The notes: generated by a model from the sequence alone, not told the origin. Positions 13,201 through 29,232 are shown, counted from the stretch's first letter. The stretch is 64,000 bases of DNA from Octopus vulgaris (GCA_951406725.2 OX597816.1:3224001-3288000), one strand, 5' to 3'. A program made the numbers and translations.

Positions 13201-13741
13201 TGTCATACTGAAATCATTACAAAGCCATCTCGAGCCAGTCTATAGACGACGAACTCAGTGAGATTGTTAACTCCATCGCCAACGCATTCACTCGCCTCTT
13301 ATATAATACATACAATGTCGTTGAAAATTATTCAAATCTTTTATATATTCCATTAATAAAAAAAAATACACAAAGAAAAGAAAGAAAAAAAATCCATCCC
13401 ATTCCGTTTCGTTAATTATTTATTATTCATTATATTTCGTTGGTGGTGTTGTATTATTTAAGACCGGTTTTTAGACATCAGGAGACTTCAGTTTGAAAAA
13501 CAAAAACAAACTTTATGTTGGTGGTTACAAAATCTTTATTTATAATTAATTCCATGTTTTTTCTTTTTTCCTTTTTATTTTCTATATTCAAAACTCTGTA
13601 ATTTATTCATAGGTTAGGACAAGCCTCACCAAGCAAGTGGTCAGCTTCCTGCAGTGATGTAACCGCAACGAGGTTTCGATTCTTTCTTTTATGTCATCCC
13701 ACTTCATTTACGCGGCGATTTACTTACGGCCCCAGGACAAA

Positions 13742-13772
<31 letters not shown>

Positions 13773-14074
13773 AGGAAAAAAAAAGAAAGAAGGAAACAAT
13801 CAAGGCAGGAGCATCATAACGACCGATGTCTGTCCTCTTAAAACTCTGCGATAGTTTGTATTTCGTTTAACAATCGACAAAAGGTGAAATACTGTGAAAT
13901 AGAGATTCAATCCTTATATAAACGCATTTTTCATTCTACAAAATAACTCTGATGTTTATAAGCCAATATTTTCCCTTCTCTAATAAACCCCTTTCTTCAG
14001 TCTATCTCTAACAAATAATAACGACTTCAAATAGGGAGTAGGTCGTTTACTTCGGTCCCGGGGCTCAAATGTTA

Positions 14075-14208
14075 CATATTTTATCGACTCCGAAAAGATA
14101 AAAGGAAAAGCCGACCTCGGCAGAATTTGAACTCAGAATGTAAAGACTGACAAAACACCACTAAGCATTATTTACCGGCGTGCTAATGATTCTGCCAGCT
14201 CACCGTCT
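14075..14208 (-). mobile_element. SINE family A, partial
   Basis: GAATTTGAACTCAGAA...TTCTGCCAGCTCACCG is the reverse complement of the family A head. Confidence 0.8.
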
Positions 14209-14568
14209 TCCTTCCACGACTAATACCATACTACTTTACATCAGTTATATTTAAACTATTTCCTAACATTACACTACATCCACACTATGCTGTATCATTA
14301 CTGCTATGCAGTCATAATTCGTATGTACACCCTTACAACACCCGCACAAAACAAACTGTTATATTTCAAACACAACCCGACCGTCATGAATAGCTTGTCA
14401 CAGTCCTTTAGTTCTCTTAAGTCACTCAATTTTACGATAATTAGATTATTTTCATCTCTGCAAGAGTCACTTCTTGCCTTCTTTGGGCATCTCCGTCTTC
14501 ACAGATGCCATGAAGACAAGACACACGGCTAAATATACAAATATACACTTATAAAGGCACACACACGT

Positions 14569-14614
<46 letters not shown>

Positions 14615-15270
14615 ATGTATGTATATGTATATAAATATATAAATATACATGCACATACACACACACACACACATATAAATATATATATATACACATACAT
14701 ACATACATGCATATATATATATATACATATTTATATATACATGCACCATGTATTTATGCATACAAACACACACACACACACATATACATATGCACGTACA
14801 ATATATTTATGTATATATACATATATACACTCACATACATATATACATATTTATATATACATGTACAATATATTTATGCATATATACATATATACTCACG
14901 CATACATACACATTACACACATTTATATATACATGTACAATATATTTATGCATATAGGCATATATACACACACATATGTGTGTGTGTGTGTGTGTGTATA
15001 ATATTTATCCGGATGAAAAGTTACATTCTCCGCCAAGCCGATTATTCCCTCGGTCTCCGATGTCTTTCTATCATACGTTATTTACGAATTTCTTATCATA
15101 TTCGTTTGAATGTATCAAAATCTGCTTCATCTCATTTTATCTGATCACATTTACTGAACTCCGTTTAATGAATTAATTCTTATAATGATTACACACACAC
15201 ACATGCATATTTATATATATACATGTACAATATATTTATGCATATATTTTTATATATTTGTATGTATGTA

Positions 15271-15341
<71 letters not shown>

Positions 15342-15451
15342 ACACACACACACATATATATATGTATATATATATATATATATAAATTCAGGGAGAATAC
15401 TTGATAAGTGTAAGCACCTGTATACGCCAGCTAGTAGCAGAGGTGAGAGGG

Positions 15452-15506
15452 TATATGCATCAAATGAAATCAAATGTGTTGTGTGTGTTGTGTTTTTGAT
15501 TTCATT

Positions 15507-15517
<11 letters not shown>
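15452..15517. repeat. Hairpin with 23-bp stem
   Basis: TATATGCATCAAATGAAATCAAA / TTTGATTTCATTTGATGTATATA (1 mismatch), 20-nt GT-rich loop. Confidence 0.85.
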
Positions 15518-15586
<69 letters not shown>

Positions 15587-16093
15587 CTACATTTATGTAT
15601 ATGTACACATACATATACACATGGTGGAAATGAAGTCCTAACCGAGTAAGACCACTTTCCTAAACTAAACTCAGTAAGTCTGTGCAAACGTTCCAAGAGT
15701 CCAAGAAATTCCTGTCATTGAATTTGTTTTGAGTGGATAAAATGTTGCACAGCACAGAACCCACTTTTCAGGGGAACCAATTATAAAACCAGAAACACAA
15801 GACAGGTTGAGACGACCAGGAACCGACTACGAGCTTACCTTCCCCTAGAAGGAAGTTCTAACCGGAACTAAGAGCCCTTCACTTCCAGTGGTTCACATGC
15901 TAATTCATCCATAGCTGGGACCCTAACAGGGGCTGCTACTCCGGGTCAGAGTTGACCTGGGAACAATAGTGGCCAAAATGTGGTTCCGCATTCCTCTCTG
16001 AACTCTCGTACCAGGGCCCAAAAACCGAACGCAGTTTAAAACACACACGCGCGAGCGCACACACACATATATACGTACATAAATACATGTATG

Positions 16094-16129
<36 letters not shown>

Positions 16130-16135
<6 letters not shown>

Positions 16136-16609
16136 TATATTTTTTTATTTAGAGATAGTAGTCCCCTTCATCCCACCATATAAAAGAATTTTAATTTAAT
16201 TTAATACTAACTACTCATTTCTCAGCTACACGTGTTTCTTGAGGTTCCTTAAACATGCAGTGTTTTACAGGAACCTTTCTTAAAATGTAACCCCAATCAT
16301 CAGGCCTCTAAGTAACTTTATCATAGTTCGATGCCAAATACTATAATTTATGGCTTGCACAGTAAGGGCCGGCGAATCTATTTACACATACGCATACTTA
16401 TCTGTTAAAATTAAATTATAGTATTTGGCATCGAACTATGATAAAGTTACTTAGAGGCCTGATGATTGGGGTTACATTTTAAGAAAGGTTCCTGTAAAAC
16501 ACTGCGTGTTTAAGGAACCTCAAGAAACACGAGAAATGAGTAGTAAGTATTAAATTAAAATTCTTTTATATGGTGGAATGAAGGGGACTACTATCTCTAA
16601 ATAAAAATA

Positions 16610-16620
<11 letters not shown>
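16130..16620. mobile_element. Near-perfect fold-back element (about 215-bp arms, 60-bp spacer) with a hammerhead motif in each arm
   Basis: 16135-16350 is the reverse complement of 16412-16615 apart from a few substitutions and small indels; embedded in (TA)n. Confidence 0.9.
16224..16306 (-). ncRNA. Type-I hammerhead ribozyme motif with extended stem II
   Basis: Minus strand: GGC CTGATGA TTGGGGTT ... AACCTCAA GAAA CACGTG TA GCT; palindromic stem III ACACGTGT, GUA triplet. Confidence 0.65.
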
Positions 16621-16651
<31 letters not shown>

Positions 16652-18558
16652 CATCTATACATACATGAATGTTATCAACATCCGTATATACATAAATTAC
16701 ATAAATATACGTGCACACAAACACACACATATACATCTATGCATACATATCCGAATATCGATGCATAACCCACATACATACACACATACATACACACATA
16801 CACACACACGTACACACATACATACATACATACATAGATATATACATACATACATACATATAGACACGCATACATATATAATACATAAATACACACATAC
16901 ACACATACATACATACATACACACATACATACATACATACATACATACATACATACATACATACATACATACATACATACATACATACATACACACATAC
17001 ATACATACATAAATACATACAGACATACATACACACATACATACACACATACATACATAAATACACACATACACACATACGTACATACACACATACATAC
17101 ATACATACACACATACATACTTACATACATACATACATACATACATACACACATACATACATAAATACACACATACACACATACGTACATACACACATAC
17201 ATACATACATACACACATACATACTTACATACATACATACATACATACATACACACATACATACATAAATACACACATACACACATACATACATACATAC
17301 ATACATACATACATACATACATTGATTTCTTTCTATTTTGAATTTCGATGACCAATAATACTGAGCAACACATTTTTTGCCCTTGGGTAGCGTCTGTCAT
17401 TTCCTATTTGCTGACCCCTAGAAAGCATGAAAAATGGCAAATATTTCCTTCAAGCTTTGCTTTTATTCAAACCCCAAAGAGTCCCCTCAACACATCGCTA
17501 TGATGCTCCACCATAACCCCTGCTCATAGTCTGAGATACACACTTTGTCAGCCACCAAGGGATATACTGTAGTGGTGATGGAACACTGCCACTTGGTACA
17601 GCCTCAAGCCTGTGCTCCAAACGATTCAGGCTCAATTCCAGGGGTCTTCAGTTTTGCTTTGAGTCGGTCCGTGTATTTCCACAGGGGGCAACTTCGCGGC
17701 CTTTTCCCTGAAGTGAGAGCTCGCTGAATAAGACTTGGCGTGAGAATCTTGAAAATAAACAGACACACACACACACGCGCGCACGCGCACACATACACAC
17801 ACATACACACACATATATACATATAAATACATACTCATATACACGCATGTGCACGCACACACATGTTATGGATAAAGAATTTGAATCAAACTCTTGAATC
17901 ATAGAAAAAGTGTTGAGTGTCCATCTTTCGTTTGTCCATTCGCTCGTGTGTATGTGTGTATGTATGTATATATATATATGTACATATATACATATATATA
18001 CACACATACATACATACATACATATATATATATATATAAACTTACTTGGAGGAAACGAAACGACGCGAGGGCGCTCAGTTATACAATAGTGTAATAAATA
18101 AAAAATATGCATACATACATACATATATGTACGTACATACATCTACATGTATATATACATGCATATATAAAAATATATACATGAGTACAGGACACCACAA
18201 ATAAACGTAGAACACAACGAGAAACGAAAACGTAAAAACAAACATGGAAACGGACCTTTTTTTTAACAACGAAAAAACAGAGTACAAGACAAACAACACA
18301 AGGAAAAATCCCCTTCATCAGCTGTCCCTAGTACGACTCCATGCGTGTTTCGAAGGTGAGGACAGAACACGACTCGTCGAACTAGCCCTTCCTGCGAAAG
18401 AATTAAATAAAATTCCTTTGCAGAGGGATAAAAACAAGGAAAGAAAAAAATGTGACAAAAACAGGACGTAAAAACGATACAAATAAAATTACAAAATAAA
18501 ATAAAATGCAAAATAAAAATACAATTACAAAAAAATACAGTACAAGAAATATATGCGT

Positions 18559-18594
<36 letters not shown>

Positions 18595-18665
18595 GCGCAA
18601 AAGTACACATATATATGAACGATTGTTTGTCCGTCAGATTAAACGATGACACAGCAACTACCAGA

Positions 18666-18712
<47 letters not shown>

Positions 18713-18961
18713 ATGAAAGAGGAAATTGAAGAAGAAATGTTGAAAAAAGAAGCAACGCGTAAAGATCTTCTTGACGACCGATGTTGGTGTGTTTACGTTC
18801 CCCGTAACTTAGTGGTTCGGCAAAAGAGACCGGATAGAATATGTACCAGGCTTACAAAGAATGAGTCCTGGGGGTCAAATAACTAGAATAAATAAAAGAA
18901 TAAAAGAGTAAAATTTCGAAATAACCTTCCGTTTAATTAATTTAGCATGTAATAGATTTTG

Positions 18962-19017
<56 letters not shown>

Positions 19018-19489
19018 GTATAATACAAAATGGGTCAAAAACGCAAAACTTCCGGACAACTGGGTGATACAAAAAGGGACTACAAAACATCCAGATATAC
19101 GATACAAAACCACAAGGACGGGTCATTCGAAGCTTTTTATCCTCAGTCAGGAACCGGATCATCCTCGCAATTTCGGCTGATTAATCTTGAGATTGCTCCA
19201 ATCTGGCCAGTCCCAAGGAAAAACTAAGCTAAGAGCATTAGATTCCATGGAAGAAAGCATCGAATGTATACGAAGACAAGGACGGAAAACAGACAATGCT
19301 ACACAAATATAAGTACAATATAAATACAATAAAAATAATAATAACAGGACATAACAACAGGTGTCTTTCGACTGGGGACGAATTGAATTCAGCTGGCGTG
19401 TGTGGAAATGAAGCCTTACGGCAGAGATACGTAAATTTCACAAACACAGGGAAGAATATCGATGTTGCACGGTTTACAGTCAGACCTAA

Positions 19490-20730
19490 AAAGAGCAAGC
19501 CCATGCCGTCCACCAGCGCATCCGTCGTGGGACGCTGGACCGACGGTCCGGTCGAGTTGCTTGGGGTCTGGTTTGGTCCGGACCTCCAAACGGAGAAGAA
19601 ATGGAACGAGATCACGAGTAGGGTGGTCACTCTCGCCCGGCAATGGGCCGAGAGGAAACTGTCCTTAAAAGGTCAGGCGGAGGTGGCGAACACGTACATA
19701 GCGTCCGTCATCTATTACCGCCTGACCGTCGTGCCTTGTCCCGACTCTACCATCACCAAACTAGAACACATTCCCTTCCGCTTCTTGTGGAAAGGGTGCG
19801 CCCGATGGTTAGGCGATCCATTTGCTGTCAACACCCGTTGAAAGGAGGACTGGGTATGCCGTGGTTGATGATACGCAGACACGCGCTGAGACTGCGACAT
19901 CTCAGGCTCTACATAGACGACGGTGAGCAGGTATGGTCGCCGTTTGTGAGGCACGCTTTCCCGCAACTCGTCTCCATGACCGAACTGCAGTCGTGGATCA
20001 AAAAGAGGCCGAGGAAGGGCGAATGGCACCGCGAGTGTCGCGTTGCATTCAAGCAACTATGGCGTCCCGGGTCGACCTTGAGCGACTTCAACACAACCAA
20101 AGCATTCTATAGGGAATTAGTGGAGGGTAGGTACGACGACAATCTCGGGGCGAAGCTGGGCGTCGACGAGAAATACCAGACCCGCCTTTCAAGACGACTT
20201 TGGTGCCGGGACCTATGGACAACTTCCAGAGATCCCTGGCCTGGCAGTGCTACCGAGAAGCACTACCCGTTCGGGATAAGCTCTACAGATACGGCTCGAG
20301 AAACACGGGGCCGATCTGCCGGAGATGCGGTCAGAGCGACGAAACCGTTCTGCATGCACAGGTAGAGTGTCCAACCATTTCCGAACTGTGGGCCAATGTT
20401 GAACGACTGCTATCGCGTGTGGGAGTCTATCATGAATATTGTCGCGCCTCCTTCCTTGAAACGGTAAGGAAGAGCCATTTTCATCATGTTTGTGGCTATG
20501 GCGAAAGAATGTGTATGGTGGACGTGTCCGAAAGGTCTAGAGACAAACACTTTCCTCTCTGATGAATCTGTCATCAACTTCTTCAAGTGTCAAGGAAGGT
20601 GAGAGTAGAGAGGGAAGTTTTGTCTAGTGAATGTTTCAAAAAAAGATGGGTGAATGTAGGAAGGATGGCACGTGTGATTGACGAAGCCCCTTGAGCATAA
20701 TCCTATGAACCAAAAAAAAAAAAAAAAAAT
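19490..20730 (+). mobile_element. 5'-truncated L1-clade (Tx1-like) LINE
   Basis: LLGVWFG..W...LSLKG.AEVANTYIAS..YY, RFLWKG, ICCQHPLKGGLG, zinc knuckle CRRCGQSDETVLH...ECP; frameshifts; poly(A) from about 20712. Confidence 0.9.
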
Positions 20731-21043
20731 GAAAAAGAAAGAAAGAAAGGAAAAAAAGAGAGTCACTTATTGTAATGCGTTTTTTTTTTTGCATGATATT
20801 ATTGCTGGAGGTTAGCATGGTTTTTTCCGTAGGGTTTTCTTTCCACGGACAAACCTAATCTGTTTCCCCCTTTTTACATCATGACATTTCTGTGATACAC
20901 GATCCCTATCGATCGGCTTTTTTTTTTAACGACCCCTTTTGATCGAATTTCTACTCCCTTTCCTTTTTGCTCCTCTTTCCAAAAAGAAAAGTTCTACTTT
21001 GTATTTTGTCCCTTCTGTGTTCAGCCCTGTGTGGCCAATAAAG

Positions 21044-21101
<58 letters not shown>

Positions 21102-21194
21102 GAATGTGTGTGTGTGAGCGCGTGTGTGTGTGTGAGCGCGTGTGTGTGTGTGAGCGCGTGTGTATGTGTGCATGTGTGTGACTGTGTATGCATG

Positions 21195-21225
<31 letters not shown>

Positions 21226-22229
21226 ATACAGCGAAAAGAAGAGGAAGAGAGAGAGAGAGAGAGAGAAAAAGAGAGATAGATAGGAGAAAGGGAGAGAGAG
21301 CGAGAGCGGTGTGTGTGTGTGTTTTATTTTACATGCACCAAATATTTCTACCCCTAGATTCTGTTTATATTTACAACAATATAAAAAAAAAAAAACGAAA
21401 AGCAAAAAAAAAAAAAAAAAAATAATAAAAAAAACCTCCACCCGACTCTCAACAAACAGCAGCAACAAGCCAGCAAAGGTCAACCCTTGGAACAAAGAAG
21501 CGGGTGGAGGATGAGGGTGGAGGATGAGGGTGGAGGCTTCACGGTCGAATGGGTTTCATGAAAAGGGGACAAGCTTTTACTTGTAACCAATGCCTTGTAA
21601 TCATTATCAGGTATTTATTTTCTCGAGCATTCGATCCAGCTTTTCACACCTGGTCGTTATTTAACCATTAAAGAGACACATTTCATCACACCCACCCGCC
21701 CACCCGCATACACATAGTTCTCTGGGGCCTTACACACCGATCCTCGTGGAATCGAGAAGATCTTTGTTAAATGGTGGTGGTGGTGGTGGTGGTGGTGGTG
21801 GAGGTGGTGGGTGACGTGTTAGCTGAGGGGACGATAATTGTTAGGGCGACACCTAAATATCTGTTTGATGGGACCAGCATCCGTGGGTGTCGTTACTAAC
21901 AACAACACATCAACGGAAACTTTGCATCGTCAGACCCCGGTTTTTTTTACTCCCTTCCCCTACTCTTCATCCTCTTCTTCATTTTCCTCATGCTTCTCTT
22001 TCTACTTCCTCTTTTTTCTTTCCCTTCTTCTTCTTCTTCTTCTTCTTCTTCTTCTTCTTCTTCTTCTTCTTCTTCTTCTTCTTCTTCTTCTTCTTCTTCT
22101 TCTTCTTCTTCTTCTCCTCTTCCTCCTCCTCCTTCTTCTTCTTCTTCTTCTTCTTCTTCTTTACTCTCTGAGCAAACATATATAAATAACACACACACAC
22201 CACACACACACACCACATACCCAAATATA

Positions 22230-22364
22230 CGTGGTTTCAGGTTCAATTCCTCTGTGCGGCATCTTGGACAAGTCTCCCTTACTATAGCCCCAGGCCGACC
22301 AAGGCTTTCTGAGCAAATTTGGAAACTGCATGGAAACCAGTCGTACACACACATACATACACAC

Positions 22365-22426
<62 letters not shown>

Positions 22427-22590
22427 GACTGGTTTCTATGCAGTTTATATATATATTATGTTTGTTTACGTTCTCGTAACTTGTCGGTTCGGCAAAAGAG
22501 ACTGATAAAATAACCACCGGAGGTACTGGATGCGAATTGTTCAAAGCAGTGCCCCAGCATGACTGCAGTTCAATGACTGAAGCAAGAAAA
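22230..22590 (+). mobile_element. SINE family B, degraded
   Basis: CAAGTCTCCCTTACTATAGCCCCAGGCCGACC...CGGTTCGGCAAAAGAGAC...CCAGCATG.CTGCAGT match family B. Confidence 0.75.
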
Positions 22591-22667
22591 AGATGCAACA
22601 TAAAACACCCTCTGTGCCACGTAAAAGATCTAAAGATTTTAATCAACTCTGTAAAAAAAAACATGGT

Positions 22668-22910
22668 GAGGGCACATGGCTTTGGGGTTAGTGTATTCGG
22701 CTCACGATCATAAAGTCGTGAGTTCGATTCTCGACGGCGCGTTGTATCCTTGAGCAAGACACTTTATTTTACTATGCTCCTGTTCACTCAGCTGGCAAAA
22801 ATGAGCTGTACCAGTAATTCAAAGGGGGCCAGCCACGTCACATTCTATGTCGCGTCGAATGGCCATGAGAACTACGTTAAGGGTACACGTGTCTGTGAAG
22901 TGCTCAGCGG
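22668..22910 (+). mobile_element. tRNA-derived SINE (family D head, family C-type tail)
   Basis: GAGTTCGATTC B box, CTTGAGCAAGACACTTTATTT..TGCTCC.GTTCACTCAGCTG domain, GAGAACTACGTTAAGGGTACACGTGTCTGTG shared with 27250-27636. Confidence 0.75.
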
Positions 22911-23241
22911 GAGTTCCAAGCAACCACAACGATGAAACGGACGTAGGGACCAAATGACGTCAACTTTTGTTTGTCATAATTCCTCATCCATCCACATCCC
23001 TTGTTATGTCTAGGTTCTGTGCAACAGATTTATCCTTCCTTGCTTCTCCTCTCTCATCATCTCCTCCCCTTTTTCTCAATTATTCTTTCCTTGGCTCTCT
23101 TCCCTCCAGCCATTTACATCCTGCATTCTACACATAACAAACGACGAGGCTACAATCTGTCTCAAATCGCTAAGTTCTGATTTCGCCTCCATCAAATTTA
23201 GACATTAATATCATTGATCAGTTTGGTTGCAGATACTACTA

Positions 23242-25210
<1,969 letters not shown>

Positions 25211-25870
25211 CACCTAAAAATAAGTAAGAAAAGGTTACGGCTTAGAGAGGACGAAGTTTTCGCTTTGTTAAAGGTGCGCATGCGTGTGTGTGTGTGTGTG
25301 TGTGTGAGTGTGTGTGTGTGTGTGTGTGAATGATTTACACGTACTTATATGAGTGATTGGACGAGGGTAAGGGAGAGGTAAGAAATGTGAAGGTAGTAGT
25401 TTTGATGGATGTTGTGTGTGTGTTGGCGTGGTTCATGACTCTACACGAGGACGTGTGTGAGGAGAAATACAGATAGAGAGAGAGAGAGACAGTGAGGGGG
25501 AAAGGGTGATAGAAAGATGGACAGGTAAATAGAGAGAGAGAAAGAGAGAGAAAGAGGAGAGAGATATGGAGTGTGTATGCGGAGGAACGGGATAGATAGA
25601 CCGGGGCAGAGAAAGATGTTTTGTGTGCGTGTGCGTGCGAGGGAATATACAAAGACAAAGAGAGAGAAAGATAGATAGAGAAAGAGAGGGAGGGAGACGG
25701 AGACGGAGAGAGAGAGAAAGAGAAGGAGCGTGGGGAAGGTGAGTGTACACGTTGATAAAGAAGAGAAGAGAGTGTTGGGTAGAGGGAGAGAATACACTGA
25801 TAGCGAAGGAGAAATATAGAGGATATATATATATATATATATTTGTAAAAAATGAAGTTCGAAAATGCTG

Positions 25871-25947
<77 letters not shown>

Positions 25948-26287
25948 CAGACAGACAGACAAATGGATAGATAGATAGATAGATTGATAGATAGAGAGGT
26001 AGAGACAGACAGATAGAGAGAGATATGGATAGATAGATAGATAGATAGATAGAGAGAGATAGCGAAAGAGAGATAGATATAGATATAGACAGATAGATAG
26101 GGAGAGAGAATGAGTGAGTGTGTGAAGAATATACAGATGAAGAAACAAAGAGAGAGGGGGGAGGGAGCCGGGGGTGGGGAATGAGGGTATTTGGGTGCAT
26201 GTTTAAGGCGAAAGTTTGCGTAAGTGGGATTGAGAGTAATATAAAACGACTGTGTGCTTCCGAGTGTGCACGTGGGCATGTGCGACT

Positions 26288-26324
<37 letters not shown>

Positions 26325-26489
26325 AGTGAAAGAGGAGGGAGGGAATGAGACACTCAGAAACACAGAGCGGAAAGGGAGAGGTGCATGTCACGTGTCTGTG
26401 TTTGTGTGTGTAGGGGAGAGGGTAAAGTTAGATGGGATTGTGGGTTTGTGATTTTGTACACACTCAAACATACAAACACAGGCATACAA

Positions 26490-26533
<44 letters not shown>

Positions 26534-27249
26534 GTATACACACGCGCACACACACACACATACATAAGCATATATGTGCGTGCGCGTGTGCGTAATATAC
26601 CTGGAAGTAATAATCCATTCAACGGAACCGCAGTCATAAGCCGTTGGGAAGCAATCGTAATTCCGCTCTTCTGTCTTCGGAAGTTTCATTTTAGTATTTC
26701 CTGCTTACTTCCGAAATCTACATCCGCCAGGGTTGCTCCAGCCTGACCGACACGCTTCTTAATTGCCCTCGTGTGGCTGTCTTAACTGAATTTCTCACGA
26801 GCGTAAAAAGCGGGGTTGGTGTCGGATGCAAGAGAGAGACGGCCTCCTTCCTGGAGAGAGTCACAGAAATACAATTGGTTTAAGCGGTCTTTTATTATCG
26901 GTGATTCCTTGCATTGGCACCAACAGGAATTTACATTGGCACCAACAGGTATATCGTCGATTGAATCGATCCACAAGTTTTAATCAATCATTTTGGATGG
27001 TGTACAGAATGGTGTACTTGTGTTAGAATTGGATCCTCATCTACTTGTATGTTGTTGTCGGCACTGTGATGTTGTGGCGGTATCCCTCGCCTGATTATCT
27101 TCGACTCTCCTATCGTTCTATCGCTGGTAGCTCCGCAAGACAATGTCTTTGAAACGTAATGCCGAGTAAATGGTCAGACTATAGCTAAGCTCCAAGTTAG
27201 GTGATTATGCGAATGAGGTGTCCAACGTAGATCATATATCAGTATGCAT

Positions 27250-27636
27250 GTGGAGGCGCAATGGCCCAGTGGTTAGGGCAGCGGACTCGCGGTCGTAGGA
27301 TCGCGGTTTCGATTCCCAGACCGGGCGTTGTGAGTGTTTATTGAGCGAAAACACCTAAAAGCTCCACGAGGCTCCGGCAGGGGATGGGGGTGATCCCTGC
27401 TGTACTCTTTCACCACAACTTTCTCTCACTCTTACTTCCTGTTTCTGTTGTACCTGTATTTTCAAAGGGCCGGCCTTGTCACTCTCTGTGTCACGCTGAA
27501 TATCCCCGAGAACTACGTTAAGGGTACACGTGTCTGTGGAGTGCTCAGCCACTTACACGTTAATTTCACGAGCAGGCTGTTCCGTTGATTCGGATCAACC
27601 GGAACCCTCGTCGTCGTAACCGACAGAGTGCTTCCA
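27250..27636 (+). mobile_element. Full-length tRNA-derived SINE (family C)
   Basis: A box TGGCCCAGTGG, B-box-like GGTTTCGATTCC; near-identical partial copy at 40670-40890. Confidence 0.85.
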
Positions 27637-27651
27637 AAAAAATATAAAAAT

Positions 27652-28001
27652 CAACAGAATGAGATAAAAAAAAACATGGCTGTGAAAGATTTCAGAACAT
27701 TTATGAAGAGGTCTTACAGCTGTTTCCGGGATATTTTATATATCCCTTCATCAGAGACGGTGCGAGAAAATAGTTCAGCAATAGTTATTCTAGAGAAGAA
27801 ATGAAATACAGTGTAGAGTGGAGGGATGGAAAACAGGTGTGAGATACGTAAGGATATTGTATCTGCAGTTCCATTATTTAAGCAGAATTGTATATATATA
27901 AGTTTCCTGTACCTTGTGTGTAAGTTCCAATGGTAAGAGCTTCTCTTTATAAATGTTCTGAAATCTTTCACAGCCTTGGAATTTTTTTATCTCATTCTGT
28001 T
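27652..28001. mobile_element. Fold-back element (about 65-bp arms) containing a hammerhead motif
   Basis: AACAGAATGAGATAAAA..GGCTGTGAAAGATTTCAGAACATTTAT..CTTAC is inverted at 27933-28001. Confidence 0.85.
27711..27758 (-). ncRNA. Minimal type-I hammerhead ribozyme motif
   Basis: Minus strand: GTCT CTGATGA A GGGATAT ATAAA ATATCCC G GAAA CAGCTG TA AGAC; canonical core, 7-bp stem II, palindromic stem III, GUA site, 4-bp stem I. Confidence 0.8.
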
Positions 28002-28003
28002 AA

Positions 28004-28089
<86 letters not shown>

Positions 28090-28091
<2 letters not shown>

Positions 28092-28425
28092 CAGTGCGTA
28101 ACTGGTACTTATTTAATCGATCCCGACAGGATGAAAGGCAAAGTCGACCTCGGCGGAATTTGAACTCAGAACGTAATGGCAGACGAAATACCTATTTTTT
28201 TACTACCCACAAGGGGCTAAACACAGAGAAGACAAACAAGGACAGACAAAGGGATTAAGTCGATTATATCGACCCCAGTGCGTAACTGGTACTTATTTAA
28301 TCGATCCCCGAAAGGATGAAAGGCAAAATCGACCTCGGCGGAATTTGAACTCAGAACGTAACGGCAGACGAAATACAGCTACGCATTTCGCCCGGCGTGC
28401 TAGCGTTTCTGCCAGCTCACCACCG
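28090..28425 (-). mobile_element. Tandem dimer of SINE family A
   Basis: Same dimer junction (GACGAAATACCTATTT.TTTACTACCCACAAGG) as 3405-3785. Confidence 0.85.
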
Positions 28426-29038
28426 CCTTTTTTGTTGTCAATAATGTGCTCTGACTGCCTGCATCTATGTCAGTATGTTTGTCTCTCCTACCATCAACTG
28501 GGAGCCATCAATTGTTTTCAGACCAAACTGTAGCTACAAAATTTGATTATAACGAGAAACCCCTATTCCAGCCCAACTAATACAATTAAAAACATTGCAG
28601 AAATCAGATTCACCTATTTACGGTTTTTTGTATGTAAATTTTCTATGTATGTTGAAACTGATTTCGCCATTTCTAAAACTATACGGCCTCGTGTTTTGTC
28701 TTTACAATTTGAATTCTATTTATTTATTTGGCATATTTTCGATTTAAAAAAAATTAAAAACAAAGATTATTAAGTTATAAAGATTTTAGAAATATGGCAA
28801 CGGTGCCTTTGTCAGAGACATTCGTCTTGTTTCATGAAATTAAATGGCTTCCAGCGGTGGGAATTGAAATCGCGACGCGTTCCCAAATGGCAGTGAACTA
28901 ACCTCAGGATGTAGGGCACTTGCCATAAATTAATCTTTTACTTTAGATTAAAAGAAATGATTTAATTTTAGTAAAAATACATTAATAGAATATATACAAT
29001 ATGTGTATACAATTATATTACAATTTATACATATAAAA

Positions 29039-29115
<77 letters not shown>

Positions 29116-29232
29116 CACACATACACACACACACACACATATATTAACATTTTAGGGAATAATATGTATTCCAGGTTATCAGGACATTTTACTATTTTAC
29201 TCTTTATTAAAGCAATGTAAACAGTATCATTT

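Noticed and set aside
18200-19360. Hammerhead-like strings (CTGATGA near 18315; CTGAGGA...GAAT near 19140, minus)
   Set aside because: Missing GAAA or coherent stems; possibly old PLE-related termini but unsupported.
26620-27230. Possible LTR-retrotransposon (BEL/Gypsy) relic with GGRLS and HH motifs on the minus strand
   Set aside because: Similarity too weak and fragmented to call without a profile search.
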